NCBI GenBank assembly: GCA_951406725.2
Contig: OX597828.1
Span: 46,004,001 to 46,068,000 of the forward strand
Direction of reading: 5' to 3'
DNA length: 64,000 nucleotides
DNA from: Octopus vulgaris
Taxonomy: Eukaryota
Positions 1 through 13,862 of this stretch are shown piece by piece. Both the position numbers and the translations under genes were made by a program. The notes beneath the pieces were generated by a model. It had not been told where the DNA came from. It made no database searches and was given only the letters and a program-made list of their open reading frames with translations. How positions within the stretch are numbered: position 1 is the stretch's first letter; each line of letters starts with the position of its first letter.

Positions 1-376
1 AAATTAGAAAACATTTAGTTATCGAGGAAACTAAAGGACACAATGCTTGCTTGCAGTATTCCTTCCAGCACTTGACGCGTTGAGTTTAAATCACATCCAA
101 CTCAACATTATCTATCATCTCTCCGGCCTCAATAAGATAAGCTGAGTCAAGCACAGGAACCGTTGACATCGACTAGCTCCACCCTCATCTCAAAACTTTT
201 GTTTGCGTACCTAAATTAGAAAATATAACTAATATATTACGGAGATGTAGTTGCATAGCCAGTGACTTGATCTGAGATCGTGTGCTGGAACGAAAACAAT
301 TGCAGCGTGGAAGGTGTTTATAAACCATTTAAGAAACATACAAAATCGTTAGATTCACTTCAACATTTAAATTTAA

Positions 377-421
377 TTTGTCAAAATATTTTCGTCGCTT
401 TCAGACCTGTTCACTGACAAA
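377..421 (-). ncRNA. Minimal type-I hammerhead ribozyme motif, G3:C8 core variant
   Basis: Minus strand reads TTTGTCA-GTGAACA-G-GTC(TGAAAGC)GAC-GAA-AATATT-T-TGACAAA: 7-bp helix I, core GUGAACA, 3-bp helix II, GAAA, palindromic helix III. Confidence 0.6.
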
Positions 422-440
422 ACTTCGTGCAGCACGAAGC

Positions 441-491
441 TTTCTCAGTGAACAGGTTGCGGTCTCAAAGCGACGAAAATAGTTTGACAAA
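441..491 (+). ncRNA. Second hammerhead ribozyme motif (G3:C8 variant), partly mutated
   Basis: TTTCTCA-GTGAACA-G-GTTGC(GGTCTCAAA)GCGAC-GAAAATAGTT-TGACAAA: 5-bp helix II, with one mismatch each in helix I and helix III. Confidence 0.5.
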
Positions 492-1380
492 TTAAATTTA
501 AATGTTGAAGTGAATCTAACGGTTTTGTGTGTTTCTTAAATGGCTTATAAACACCTTCCACGCTGCAACTAATATATTCTTGTTTTGAAATGTTGGTGTC
601 CAATTGTCATTACAAGTCTTATTTCCAGATGTTATATTTAATCCTTTACTTCCAACATTATTTTACTCTTCCCGTCTGGAGTATCCACTTGCTGACAGGA
701 TTCAAATCTTGATTTAGCAACTAGGATACATTTTCTTCAACTCACATTCAGCTGCTCTACATATGTTCTTCAGTTGTCTAAAAGGCTTTTGTTTTCCTTC
801 TGGTATCCATCTTAATGCCATCTTTGGTATCTTTGGTACTTTGTCCGTGACCATTCTGAATGGTACCAAACTTAAAATAGAATAAGTACTGAGGTGGATT
901 TGTTCGACTAAACCGTTCATACCAGTGCTCCAGCATAGACATAGTCCAATGACTGAAACAATTAAAAGAATAAAATAAATATTCTTGAACTCTAAAAAAT
1001 ACCCAATTACATTCTAAGCTCAAATTCTACTAAAATCAACTTCCGCTTTCATCCTTAACATCCTTAAATCTTAATCTATTGATTTATGCTTAAACCGAAC
1101 AAACCAGTGAAGATGCGTTCACGCGATTGCTCATCAGTTTGGAAATAACAGCCACGCTGTGTAGAGACCTACTCTACCATTTCAAAACAAGAACAATACA
1201 ACAGCTAATTTACAAGTTCTTCATAAAAGATAAGACGTAAGATTGGGGAACCCGTTTCAGCGAAAATCACTTCATCACTGTGGACTCGTGTCTAACTTCA
1301 ACAACAATAGCAACAATAAGAACAACATGATATTTTGATAGAGTGAACCACTCGTACAGAGACGCCTATACTAAATTGTT

Positions 1381-1762
1381 GGAAGCACTCCGTCGGTTAC
1401 GACGATGAGGGTTCCGATTGATCCGAATCAACGGAACAGCCTGCTCGTAAAATTAACGTGTAAGTGGCTGAGCACTCCACAGGCACGTGTGCCCTTAACG
1501 TAGTTCTCAGGGATATTCAGCGTGACACAGAGAGTGACAAGGCCGGCCCCTTGAAATACAGGTACAACAGAAACAGGAAGTAAGAGTGAGAGAAAGTTGT
1601 GGTGAGAGAGTACAGCAGGGATCACCACCACCCCCTGCAGGAGCCTTGTGAAACTTTAGATGTTTTTGCTCAATAAACACTCACAATGCCCGGTCTGGGC
1701 ATCGAAACCGCGATCCTACGACCGCGAGTCCGCTGCCCTGACCACTGGGCCATTGCGCCTCC
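1381..1762 (-). mobile_element. tRNA(Arg)-derived SINE (family B), full length
   Basis: Head GGAGGCGCAATGGCCCAGTGG with A/B boxes and TCG anticodon context. Same family at 27079, 28908 and 58553. Flanked by a 71-bp direct repeat. Confidence 0.9.
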
Positions 1763-2190
1763 ACAATAGCAACAATAAGAACAACATGATATTTTGATAG
1801 AGTGAACCACTCGTACAGAAACGCCTATACTAACTAAACATGTCGTGATTAACCTTCAAGAGTCCCTTTTGATCGCTCAGCCTGCTAGAAACAGTAGCCT
1901 ATTTTCCTATAAATTAAACTCCCCTTCAGTAAAATAGAAAGGAGAACATATTTAATTTTTAGTCCTAGATACCTTGATGTTGAATTAAGTTGGAATGGTC
2001 ATGGAATGGTCGTTCAAAGTCTTTGTTGGTTTGTCAAATCAGATCCGATTAAGAATAAAAAAGGATAAGAACAACATGAACCATAACTACAAAAAAAAAA
2101 AAAAAAAAGAACAGCAACGATAGCTGCAACAGTAACAATATAACAAAATATATAGAAAAAAATGTAAAATTATATAAAATTATATATATA

Positions 2191-2362
2191 GGCGCAGGAG
2201 TGGCTGTGTGGTAAGTAGCTTGCTTACCAACCACATGGTTCCGGGTTCAGTCCCACTGCGTGGCATCTTGGGCAAGTGTCTTCTGCTTATAGGCCCGCGC
2301 CGACCAATGCCTTGTGAGTGGATTTGGGAGACGGGAACTGAAAGAAGCCTGTCGTATATATG

Positions 2363-2408
<46 letters not shown>

Positions 2409-2638
2409 TATGTGTGTGTATATGTTTGTTGTCTGTGTTTGTCCCCCTAGCATTGCTTGACAACCGATGCTGGTGTGTTTACGTCCCCGTCACTTAGCGG
2501 TTCGGCAAAATAGACCGATAGAATAAGTACTGGGCTTACAAAGAATAAGTCCCGGGGACTTAGATTTGCTCGACTAAAGGCGGTGCTCCAGCATGGCCGC
2601 AGTCAAATGACTGAAACAAGTAAAAGAGTAAAAGAGTA
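2191..2638 (+). mobile_element. tRNA-derived SINE (family A) with CORE-like segment, internal (TA)n(TG)n and (GTAAAAGA)n tail
   Basis: GGCGCAGGAGTGGCTGTGTGGTAAG head, B-box GGTTCAGTCCC, CTTGGGCAAGTG segment; about 10 near-complete copies in the window. Confidence 0.9.
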
Positions 2639-3285
2639 TATCAAATTATATAAAATTTAATTGAAATGATAAATATCATGTAGCAAACGTATTTTTTCTC
2701 ATAACATGACTGCATAATTTACAGTAATTAGGTCATATATTTCAGGATTAATATTGTTTGGTGAAAAAAGAATACGTTTTTTTTAAAATTTTATTTTTTA
2801 AAAATGTCTATGTCCTATTTGAATGATAGTTTATCAATTAAAAGCTGAGCAGAATGCTAAATTACGCATTAGATTTAATTAAATAGGATAGAATGACACT
2901 AGAAAATATATTAATGCGTATCAACATCTATGTTCAGTAATACGGCCGTCCGTATTTTCTTATCGGTAGGGGTCGTTTGGGTATGTCCTTCAAAGAAAGT
3001 GAAGCAGTCAATGCTCTTCAAATGGAAGCATATGCAGTAACCTGTAAGTTGAGTCGCCTGATTTACAAACAACATAACGTGCTTATGATATAATTATTGC
3101 TTTGCCTTGGTTTATTTTATTGCGTGTTTTTCACTGAATCACAGAGCGCAGCTTTGTGTGCCTCGGATACCTGCAGTATATTTATTTTATCGTTAGAATT
3201 TACAGTTTTTTTTTACTTCCTGGGTCTGTAGGAAATGGCAATGATTATGGTCTTTGCAATACAAAACCACAAACTCTTGAGCTGA

Positions 3286-3716
3286 TACTCTTTACTCTCT
3301 CTTTTACTCTTTTACTTGTTTCAGTCATTTGACTGCCACCATGCTGGAGCACCGCCTTTAGTCGAGCAACTCGACCCCGGGACTTATTCTTTTTGTAAGC
3401 CCAGTACTTATTCTATCAGTCTCTTTTTGCCGAACCGCTAAGTGACGGGGACGTAAACACACCAGCATCGGTTGTCAAGCAATGCTAGGGGAACAAACAC
3501 AGACACAGAAACACACACACATACACACATATATATATATACATACATATATACGACAGGCTACTTTCAGTTTCCGTCTACCAAATCCACTCACAAAGCA
3601 TTGGTCGGCCCGGGGCTATAGCAGAAGACACTTGCCCAAGATGCCACGCAGTGCGACTGAACCCGGAACCATGTGGTTGGTTAGCAAGCTACTTACCACA
3701 CAGCCAGTCCTGCACC
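3286..3716 (-). mobile_element. SINE family A
   Basis: Reverse complement of the 2191-2638 copy. Confidence 0.9.
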
Positions 3717-3730
3717 CTGTTAAAGTTCCG

Positions 3731-3968
3731 TTTATACCTATTTCTTTATTACCCACAAGGGGCTAAACACAGAGGGGACAAACAAGGACAGACATAGGTA
3801 TTAAGTCGATTATATCGACCCCAGTGCATAACTGGTACTTAATTTATCGACCCCGAAAGGATGAAAGGCAAAGTCGACCTCGGCGGAATTTGAACTCACA
3901 ACGTAACGCAGACGAAATACCGTAAAGCTTTTCGCCCGGCGCGCTAACGGTTCTGCCAGCTCGCCGCC
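3731..3968 (-). mobile_element. SINE family C (Meta-domain-like)
   Basis: GGCGGCGAGCTGGCAGAA head and central GCCTTTCATCCTTTCGGGGTCGATAAATTAAGTACCAG, which resembles the MetaSINE domain. Confidence 0.85.
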
Positions 3969-3989
3969 AATAATTTATACCGTAGCAAG

Positions 3990-4480
3990 TTATGACCTAC
4001 AATAGACTTAAATAGGGAGATGTTTGAAGAAGAGAGGATTGGACCCAATCGGAGCCTGGTGACAAGGTGTGGAGAGGCAAATAGGCTGGGTGAAGCTGGG
4101 ATATGGAGGTACAAGACAAGCCTGCTCCGAGAATAAGGAACTTTTATAGTACAATAGTAATGGGAGCTAGAGAAAATAGCATATCTATGAACTACACGTC
4201 GATATGTGTCTACTGTTGATTGAATGTCAGTCAAACGAGTATCTCTTTTGAGTGCGATACTGGATGTTTGTGATCATGGCAGCATATCGTCCCAAATATG
4301 GACACACTAATCTGTTGAGGGCCTTACGTAAACCTTGTCTTTTTCAAATTGTTTTGAAATTTAGCTGCATTATACATGTGCAGTGCCTGCTGGTGATTTT
4401 TCTTCACGAACTTGTATATCCTGAGAGACCTTACGGTAAGCAATCAAGCTCTATGCATGGCACTCATATAAACGCATCTT
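3990..4480 (-). mobile_element. Decayed LINE fragment, possibly I-group
   Basis: Translation LVTRLRLG resembles the C-terminal TRLRIGH motif of I/Nimb ORF2; heavily degraded. Confidence 0.3.
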
Positions 4481-4489
4481 AGGGGATGC

Positions 4490-5478
4490 AGAAATAAACA
4501 TACCGCAATATGTTGTCAAACGCTCAGATAGAAAAGCGAGGAGTTTATGGTACAGTTGCTGTGTACATCCGAGATGACCTCCCGCCCCAGGTCCTGTTGT
4601 TATATTCGAACTCAGAAGTATTAGAGATTTAATTTTTATTTTTTAATAATTGTAATATCTTCACTACATTATATTTTACTTGTTTCAGTCATTAGACTGC
4701 GCTCATTCTGGAGCATCACATTGTACTTATTTTTAAAGTCTGGTACACATAAGACAACTGAATATCGTCATATGTACTATATATTGCCCACCGGATACCC
4801 CAAACCACACAGGCATGTTTGAAGACTGCCTAACAAAAATAGAAGTTCTCATCAACCTGGAATAACACAGCAGTGTATTATTCATGGGTGCCTTTAACTT
4901 CCCCAATGTCGAATGGCCTGGAGGTAAGATGATACCAGGGATGACACACCATCAGCAAGCACAGGCAGAGTCCCTGCTCCACCTCACAAATGCCTCTTTC
5001 ATTGAGCAAATTGTGCTGCAACCAACCAGGGCAAATAATATACTGGATCTCTGCTTTACAAACAATATGCACATTATCCATAATGTTAAAGTGATGCCGA
5101 CATTGGTCTCGGATTACAACATAATAGAGCTCTCTATGTATGGACCAAAATCCCCCCTCAGACGCAATGCTAAAAATTATAGGCCTATCTATCTGACCTC
5201 ACACATCAGCAAAAGTCATGGAACGAATAGTCTGCAATAAACTAATCATGTTCCTTGAAGAAAATGACTTGCTGACTGACACCCAACTTGGATTTCGACC
5301 AGGTAGAAGCTGTTTAACACAGCTCCTGAAACACTATGACTGGGTGTTAAAACAGCTACAAAATGGCTCAAGTGTGAATGTGATATATTGATATATCTCG
5401 ACTTTGCAAAAGCCTTTGATAAAGTCGACCATGGTATGATCTGTCACAAACTGCGTGGTTTCGGCATAGGCGGAAAAA
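4490..5478 (+). mobile_element. CR1-group LINE ORF2 relic (APE endonuclease plus RT, internally deleted)
   Basis: Motifs VAVYIRDD, GAFNFP, PTRANNILDL, NYRPI, GFRPGRSCLTQLL and YLDFAKAFDKVDH, with frameshifts. Confidence 0.85.
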
Positions 5479-5479
5479 T

Positions 5480-5893
5480 GTTTTCTGGAGCTGTGCTAGA
5501 CTGGATTTTATGTCTAATTCCTCTTATCATCAGTTCAAATCTTTCCGTAGTCTCTCTAATTCAGTGGCTAGGTCCTGGTACTGTTCTAATTTGTCTATAT
5601 ATCTCTCATATTCGTTTTTACTTCATTTAGGGCTGTAAAGTCAATTATCTGGCACTTTCTATTTTCTTTATCTACTTCTACTAAATCAGGACTTTTAGCT
5701 CCAATTACGCTCTCAGTCTGAATGTTAAAATAGCACATCTTCTATGTCTTACTTTCTAGTACTTTACTAGGTCCATCTTCATACCATTTGTTAGTATGTT
5801 CAAATCCTAGCAGTCTACATAACTTCCAGTGGATTACTCTCCCGAGGTTCTCATGTCTTTCCTTTACCCGCACCTTCCATAGTCTCTGTAATT

Positions 5894-5895
<2 letters not shown>
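5480..5895 (-). mobile_element. R4/Dong-like RLE retrotransposon 3' fragment
   Basis: RHENLGRVIHWKLC...KWYE and a PD nuclease remnant, abutting the (TAT)n array at 5894-5981. Confidence 0.7.
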
Positions 5896-7003
<1,108 letters not shown>

Positions 7004-7012
7004 GACGGCGGC

Positions 7013-7235
7013 GGCGGCGAGCTGGCAGAAACGTTAGCACAGCGGGCGAAATGCTTAGGAGTATTTCGTCTGCGTTACGTTCTGAGTTCAAATTCCGCCG
7101 AGGTCGACTTTGCCTTCCACCCTTTCGGGGTCGATAAATTAAGTACCAGTTACGCACTGGAGTTGATGTAATCTTCTTAGTTCCTTCCCTCAAATTTGAA
7201 GCCTTGTGCTTCCAGTAAAAAGGGTTATCATTATT
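7013..7235 (+). mobile_element. SINE family C
   Basis: GGCGGCGAGCTGGCAGAAACG head plus Meta-like domain. Confidence 0.85.
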
Positions 7236-7269
7236 ATTGTTTTTGTTGTTGTTGTTATTGTTATTATTA

Positions 7270-7480
7270 TTGCCTTTACACAGCTTCTAACGCTGGAGAT
7301 GTACTACGGTGACATCTGTTCACTACTGTGAACTAAAGTAACCCCTCTTATTTTTCGAATGGTTCCAAGCAGTGCTGTTTTCTGCAAGTGCTCCACCCTT
7401 ATTGAAGCCCCTATTTGTTCCGTGTACTTCTCAAGATTTTTACTCACTGTTCCCAGGGCTCCCACAATTATCGGTACTAC
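7270..7480 (-). mobile_element. R4/Dong-like 3' terminal fragment
   Basis: PIIVGALGTV...LQKTALLG C-terminus and 3' UTR ending at (TAA)n. Confidence 0.75.
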
Positions 7481-7538
7481 TACTAACGTTTTTCATCGAC
7501 CACAACGGATTATTATTATTATTAATATTATTATTATT

Positions 7539-7571
<33 letters not shown>

Positions 7572-9535
7572 TGAGTGTCGTTAAAAGTACTTAGCAATAT
7601 TTCTTTCGGCTCTTTCGTTGGATTCACTTCTCCTATCGATTATTTTGTCTTTCATCCTCGCAGGTCAGTAAAATATAACCCCAGTCAATTACTGAAATAT
7701 ATTTTATAGGGTATCTTCTACTTTTAAAACCCGATAGATTTGTATCCAAGATTAGAAACCCAGAATTGTGCATCATTTCAAAAATGTTTGTAAATTCTAG
7801 AAAGGAAGAAAATTTATCGATTTATGCATCACCCAAAAGTGGAATAGGTTTATTCATTTATCTAGCTCAAATATCTTGCGGTATATACTCCAAATTTTAT
7901 ATTCTCAGCTCAAATCCTGCTCACGACATCTTTAACTTTCATCGCTACCGGATCCAACAAAATTGTGTATTACTGCTCACGTTGTATGATTTAAATCCTC
8001 CATTCAGTATTACTAGTGTTGCGCCTAAATTTAAAACCGTTCTTCTTATTGCAGTTGCTGTTATCAATGTTGTTATTTGTAGTAATATGTCTTAATGTGT
8101 GACCCACATTTAAACCATGTGCAATGGACATCTTGCATAATTTTGCTTAATGATAGTTCGATACGTTTAAATGGCGGCATCCTTCACTTACGGTCGAAAA
8201 TAAGTTTGTCTTTGAGCGGCTTTATATTTTAAACTTTTCAATAAATAAATAAATAAATAAATAAATAAAATTGCTATTAGAAATTCAAGAGGGCTTCTCC
8301 TTATGAAGGAGCGCGAACAGGCGTTAGTCACAGTGGGGATACACTTATGTAAACAGATACGCCCTCAAGTACTCGAACGAAGACAAACACAATTTTACAG
8401 AGAGTGAACAGAAAATAAAAAAATGAAAACAAATTTAATCACAAAGCAGAACGTAAACACTTCTCATAGAAAAAATTACTTTTTTGACAGAAAACAGTAA
8501 TATGAACTCGAACATTAAAAAAAAGAAGGTAAGCAACTACAAAACCAAGAGGCAACATAGATACATCCCACATTTCTCAAATGAACAATACAGGCAAAAC
8601 AAAAAAATATTTTTTATTTTGACCATAAGTCGACTGGTCGAAAAGAAAACAGCTTGGCAGAGTTGTTGAAGAAAAAGTGGTGCATCATTTCCATCATGCT
8701 TCTAAATTCTAGAAAGCAAGAAAATTTAGCGATTTATGCATCATACAAAAGCGGAACAAGTTTATTCATACATTCTAGCTCAAGTGATTTATTATAGATA
8801 GTCCTGGTTCATATGTGAAGTGTTATATCTTCTATCTGTCAAAGGAGGAATTACGGAACCATGTGCCTTGCTTTGAAAACTGCTAACAGAGTGCAGAGTC
8901 ATGCTGAGATAATGTGATATTCATCTACCAAGACGCGAGTGATGGAGAACAATGTCAAGATCGATGGCGTTAACTGTCAGGTCGTCGGCAAGATGCGATA
9001 TGCTTTTCAGTGGAGTCCCAATGGAAATACAATGCCAAATGACTCCTGAAGGTTACATGACAGTATTGGAATGGCCTTCCGATTAGGATGACTATGAGAT
9101 GGCTTAACTTCACGGACTTAAGTGCTCATATGGTAGTAAGGGATAGAATTGTTTTGTACTGAGGGATCTGGAGAAACAGACAGAGGGAGCCGAACAGATA
9201 GGGAGAGATATGGACAGAGAAGGAGAGAGACATAAAAAGAAGGAAGGACGGAAAGAAGGAAGGAAGGAAGGAAGGAAAAAAAGGAAGGAAGGAAAGAAGG
9301 AAGGAGGGAAGTACAGCAACAACACCTCTAACGGAATTGTTTTTCAACAAAACGGTCCTTCTTTAAAGTCAATGGATTTGTTAGCCCGCCGAAAAAATTG
9401 CTGGTTTGCTTTCGTCTGCTTTTACGATCTGAGTTGAAATTCCAACGTGATAACGTTGCTTGAACACTAGCAACGATGTAATGGACTTAGCTGCAACTTC
9501 CCCGAAAATGCTGGCCATCCACCAGAGTTTTATTA

Positions 9536-9641
<106 letters not shown>

Positions 9642-9673
9642 TACTATTATTATTATTATTACTATTACTATTA

Positions 9674-9728
<55 letters not shown>

Positions 9729-10196
9729 CATTCAGTAGTTTTATGTTTTATAGCGTGCTTTCACTTCACTACCGAGCGCAGCTCTGTGTGCCTTGGGTAT
9801 GTGCTGTGATTTGTTGTGATGCTCTGATGGTTATTGTATGGAAAGTGTTCTGCGTAGGATGTGTGCAGTGCCTAGTAGTGCAATTTTCTGTATGTTATAT
9901 GTGTTTGTAAGTCCTGGTGTTTTTGTTATGTATTTGTCTGAATATTTTTTTATCATGCCTAATGCACCTACTATGATAGGAATTATTTCTGTTTTTAGAT
10001 TCCACATTCTGGTTACCTCTATTTCCAGGTCTTTGTATTTTGAGAGTTTCTCCATTTCTTTTAGAGACACGTTGTCATCTGCCGGTATTGATACATCAAT
10101 TAGAAAGCTTTTTTTTTTCATGCTCCCTGACAACTACATCTGGTCTGTTGGCCTTCATTTCTCTATCTGTGTGTATCGGCATATCCCAGAGTATGA
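9729..10196 (-). mobile_element. R4/Dong-like RLE retrotransposon, 5'-truncated (subfamily 1)
   Basis: LIDVSIPADDN...KLSKYKDLEIE...IPIIVGALG. TAA arrays on both sides. Near-identical to 16006-16625. Confidence 0.9.
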
Positions 10197-10924
10197 GATA
10201 TTATCATTATTATTATTACCATTATTATTATTTTTTGTTTAATGATTAATTAATTTATTTATTCAGTTGATGAAAACTCTCAACTTATTTTGCAGGGTAT
10301 GATAGGAAGTGTCAACTGTAGACTAAGGTAACACTTGTTTACTGATGATCATGCTTCATAATCACGGTTCATGAACCCACAGTTCCAAACAGTAATGATA
10401 TTTTAGGTGTCCTGTGTTTACATTTGTACCTTTGTTTTCGACCTACGTTGGTAGTTGAGTGATAATTATTATCATTTTTTAAAAAAGAAAATATTTTCTT
10501 TCATATCGGTTAGATAACAAAATACGTGCCGAGCGACAACCATATCATAGGGACGTCAATGCAGAGTAATATTACAGTTCGACGTAGCTTCCGGTCTTAT
10601 TAAGTTAAAAAAATAAACACCAAGAAACAAAAAGATATTTAGATTACAAGGACAAGAATTTGCGTCGAGTGTGAGTGAGCTCCATTGTTTAGCAAAGAAT
10701 TTAGTGGATACGTGAGACGCATTGCTTATTCTTATTGTTATTCTTATATTTACTCTTCTTATTATTATTATTATCATTATCCTCATCATCATCCTTAACA
10801 TCCTCCTCCTCCTCCTCCTCCTCATCATCATCATCATTATAATAATAATTATTGTTATGATTATAATTATTATTTTCATTATTATTATTATTATCTCATC
10901 ATCATCATCATCATCATAATAATG

Positions 10925-10991
<67 letters not shown>

Positions 10992-10997
10992 TAACAA

Positions 10998-11031
<34 letters not shown>

Positions 11032-11040
11032 CAAACAATA

Positions 11041-11598
11041 TGCGGCTCTCATATCATGCAGACAGTGGCTCTCATGGCTTCTGATCTTAACTGATTGGAA
11101 GTTTTATCTCCTACATGTTTTGTCTTTGTGTAAAAGATGAGCTACAGCAAATATTCTGCCCAATACCACAGATTTGCTTGTCAGTTGTTCGACCTTAACC
11201 AGTTGAGCATGTCCCTTAGTGGCTGACGATATGTGCATCTCTAATCACAAGCATAAGTAGTGGGGGAGCATCATAGCCATGTGTTGAAAGGAATCCTTTA
11301 GAATTTGGATAATTCACCATTGAAACATGGGTGTTTTGTTCATCATCCTTAATCACCCCTTATTCAGGGACCTTCTGAGCGTGATGGGCAACTCGACCAG
11401 AAGAAAATTCTAAGTGGGCCCCACCTGCAAAGTCATGCGCTGTTTATCTTGATATGAAATCACCGCGTCGCGCACAAACGGCTGTGATGTATGTGCCTGG
11501 CGTACCCTTATCAGAGGGGTAGTCATGATGAGTATACTGGGGTTCGTATATTTTACCCCTGTGTCACTTTGATGTCATGGACTGCTCTCTTGCTCAAT
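11041..11598 (+). mobile_element. ~550-bp non-autonomous element in TAA/CTA arrays (copy 1)
   Basis: Homologous to 16696-17625 and 19085-19641. No intact ORF; microsatellite on both sides. Confidence 0.8.
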
Positions 11599-11602
11599 AC
11601 TT

Positions 11603-11782
<180 letters not shown>

Positions 11783-11850
11783 ATAATAATATTAATAATA
11801 ATAATAATAATAATAATGATAATAATAATAATAATAATAATAATGATAAT

Positions 11851-12774
11851 AAGAGAGCGAATAATGCAGATATTGACAAAGCCCTGACCCATCAATGGCT
11901 AATGGCCTCTGGCTTAAAATCTGAAACAGAAGGGTTTATTATAGCAGCTCAAGATCAATGCCTACCAACAAGAAACTACCAGGCCAACATTTTAAAGAAC
12001 GGTAGTAGCCCAACATGTCGTGCATGCCGACAACAAAATGAAACCATTGATCATGTTGTCTCCAAGTGCAGTCTTCTAGCGCCTACAGAGTACCTCAGTA
12101 GGCATGATAGAGCTGCACAATATATTCACTGGGTAATTTGCAAAAACCTGGATTTGCCCCAAAACTGGTGGGAACACAATCCACCTTCAGTGTTTGAAAA
12201 TGACCACATCTCACTCCTCTGGAACTTCAGCATTCAAACTGACAGAAAGATAGATGCAAACAGGCCAGATATCATATTGAAAAACTTCAGACAAAGAACA
12301 TGCCTCCTCATTGATATGACTGTCCCAATCGATATAAAAGTATCTGTCAAGACCTACCAAAAACTGAGCAAATATAAAGATCTTGAAATAGAAATCAGCA
12401 AAAAGTGGAACCTGAAGACTAAAACAATACCTGTTGTCATAGGTGCCCTGGGAATGATAGCGAAAGGGGCTGATTGCTACCTAACTCAGATACCAGGAAA
12501 CCCCAAGATGGCAGAAATTCAAAAGATAGTGCTCATGGGAACTGCTCATATCCTCAGCAAAATACTCTCTATGTAATCTCAAGGTTCAAAACAATTTTTT
12601 TTTCTTTTTTAAATTTATTTATTAGACATTCACTAGTACAACACCAACCTCCCCCCCCCCCAAATATACGGCACACTAGGCATAACAACAACGTGAACTT
12701 CCAACCTGTTGTCACTTGAGGTCTCTGGGTGAGACTTGGAGCCAATTTGTACAAACATAAAGCAAAAGTCAAAC

Positions 12775-12777
<3 letters not shown>
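11851..12777 (+). mobile_element. R4/Dong-like RLE retrotransposon, 5'-truncated (subfamily 2)
   Basis: Open to the stop at 12576: AAQDQ, CCHC knuckle CRAC..ETIDH...C, RHD, RPD..D..KY RLE. (TAA)n at both ends. Confidence 0.95.
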
Positions 12778-12871
<94 letters not shown>

Positions 12872-12881
12872 TATAATAATG

Positions 12882-12913
<32 letters not shown>

Positions 12914-12914
<1 letters not shown>

Positions 12915-13600
12915 TGGTCGGCAAACGAACCACCAAAACAAAAGGAGTATCAGAATAACAAACTCAGCATCTGAACAACTTTGGACCCCCATAACAACCG
13001 AAGAGGTCACCCAGGCACTGCAAAGACTAAGCAACTGGAAGGCACCTGGGCATGACAAGATCCCCAACTTCTGGTTGAAATATCTAACAGGAATGCACAA
13101 AAAGCTGGCTGAAAACTTTAACAAAGTACTAGCAGAGCCAGAGACAATGCCTGAATGTCTCACGAAGGGCAAAACCATCTTAATTCCCAAATCAAATGAA
13201 ACAGAAAAACCAGAGAACTACAGACCAATAACCTGCCTCCCTACTATGTTCAAGGCATTTACTGCAGTGATATCACAAAGGCTGAACAAGCACCTAGACG
13301 AAAACAAACTGTTCCCAGAAGAGCAGAAAGGATGCCGCAAAGGCTCATATGGCTGTAAAGATCAACTAATGATTAATAAAGCCATAACTGAAGACAGCCA
13401 CAGAAAGAAGAAAGGCCTCAGTATGGCCTGGATTGACTACAAAAAGGCGTTTGATAGCATCCCCCACACATGGATCCTCGAAACACTAGCCATTAACAAA
13501 GTAGCACCAACAATCATAAAATTCATAGAGCACTCTATGAATAAATGGCAAACAGTCCTACACCTCCAAACAAAAGAGGGACTCATGAAAACCAAAGACA
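12914..13600 (+). mobile_element. R4/Dong-like reverse transcriptase N-terminal fragment
   Basis: NWKAPGHD, NYRPITCLPT, EEQKGC, WIDYKKAFDSIPH. Starts at (TAA)n and is cut off by a SINE at 13601. Confidence 0.95.
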
Positions 13601-13862
13601 TCCGGCAGGGGATGGTGGCGATCCCTGCTGTACTCTTTCACCACAACTTCCTCTCACTCTTACTTCTTGTTTCTGTTGTACCTGTATCTCAAAGGGCCGG
13701 CCTTGTCACTCTCTGTGTTACGCTGAATATCCCCGAGAACTACGTTAAGGGTACACGTGTCTGTGGAGTGCTCAGCCACTTACACGTTAATTTCACGAGC
13801 AGGCTGTTCCGTTGATTCGGATCAACCGGAACCCTCGTCGTCATAACCGACGGAGTGCTTCC
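13601..13862 (+). mobile_element. SINE family B, 5'-truncated
   Basis: Matches the 3' two-thirds of 27079-27460. Confidence 0.9.

Larger units (their letters stand above)
239..566. mobile_element. Penelope-like element remnant (inverted pseudo-LTR palindrome plus one-sided tail)
   Basis: Arms 300-430 and 432-568 are near-perfect reverse complements centred on 431. A unique ~60-bp extension lies at 239-299. The 12-bp direct repeat AACTAATATATT occurs at 227-238 and 567-578. Each arm holds a hammerhead-like motif. Confidence 0.75.

Noticed and set aside
2969-3043. Possible plus-strand micro-exon (GRLGMSFKESEAVNALQMEAYAVT) ending at gtaagt
   Set aside because: Isolated, with no partner exon or homology recognised.
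8860-9100. Unique-looking island as a host exon
   Set aside because: The minus strand shows a decayed ADDLTV RT-like motif with stops; more likely an old LINE relic.
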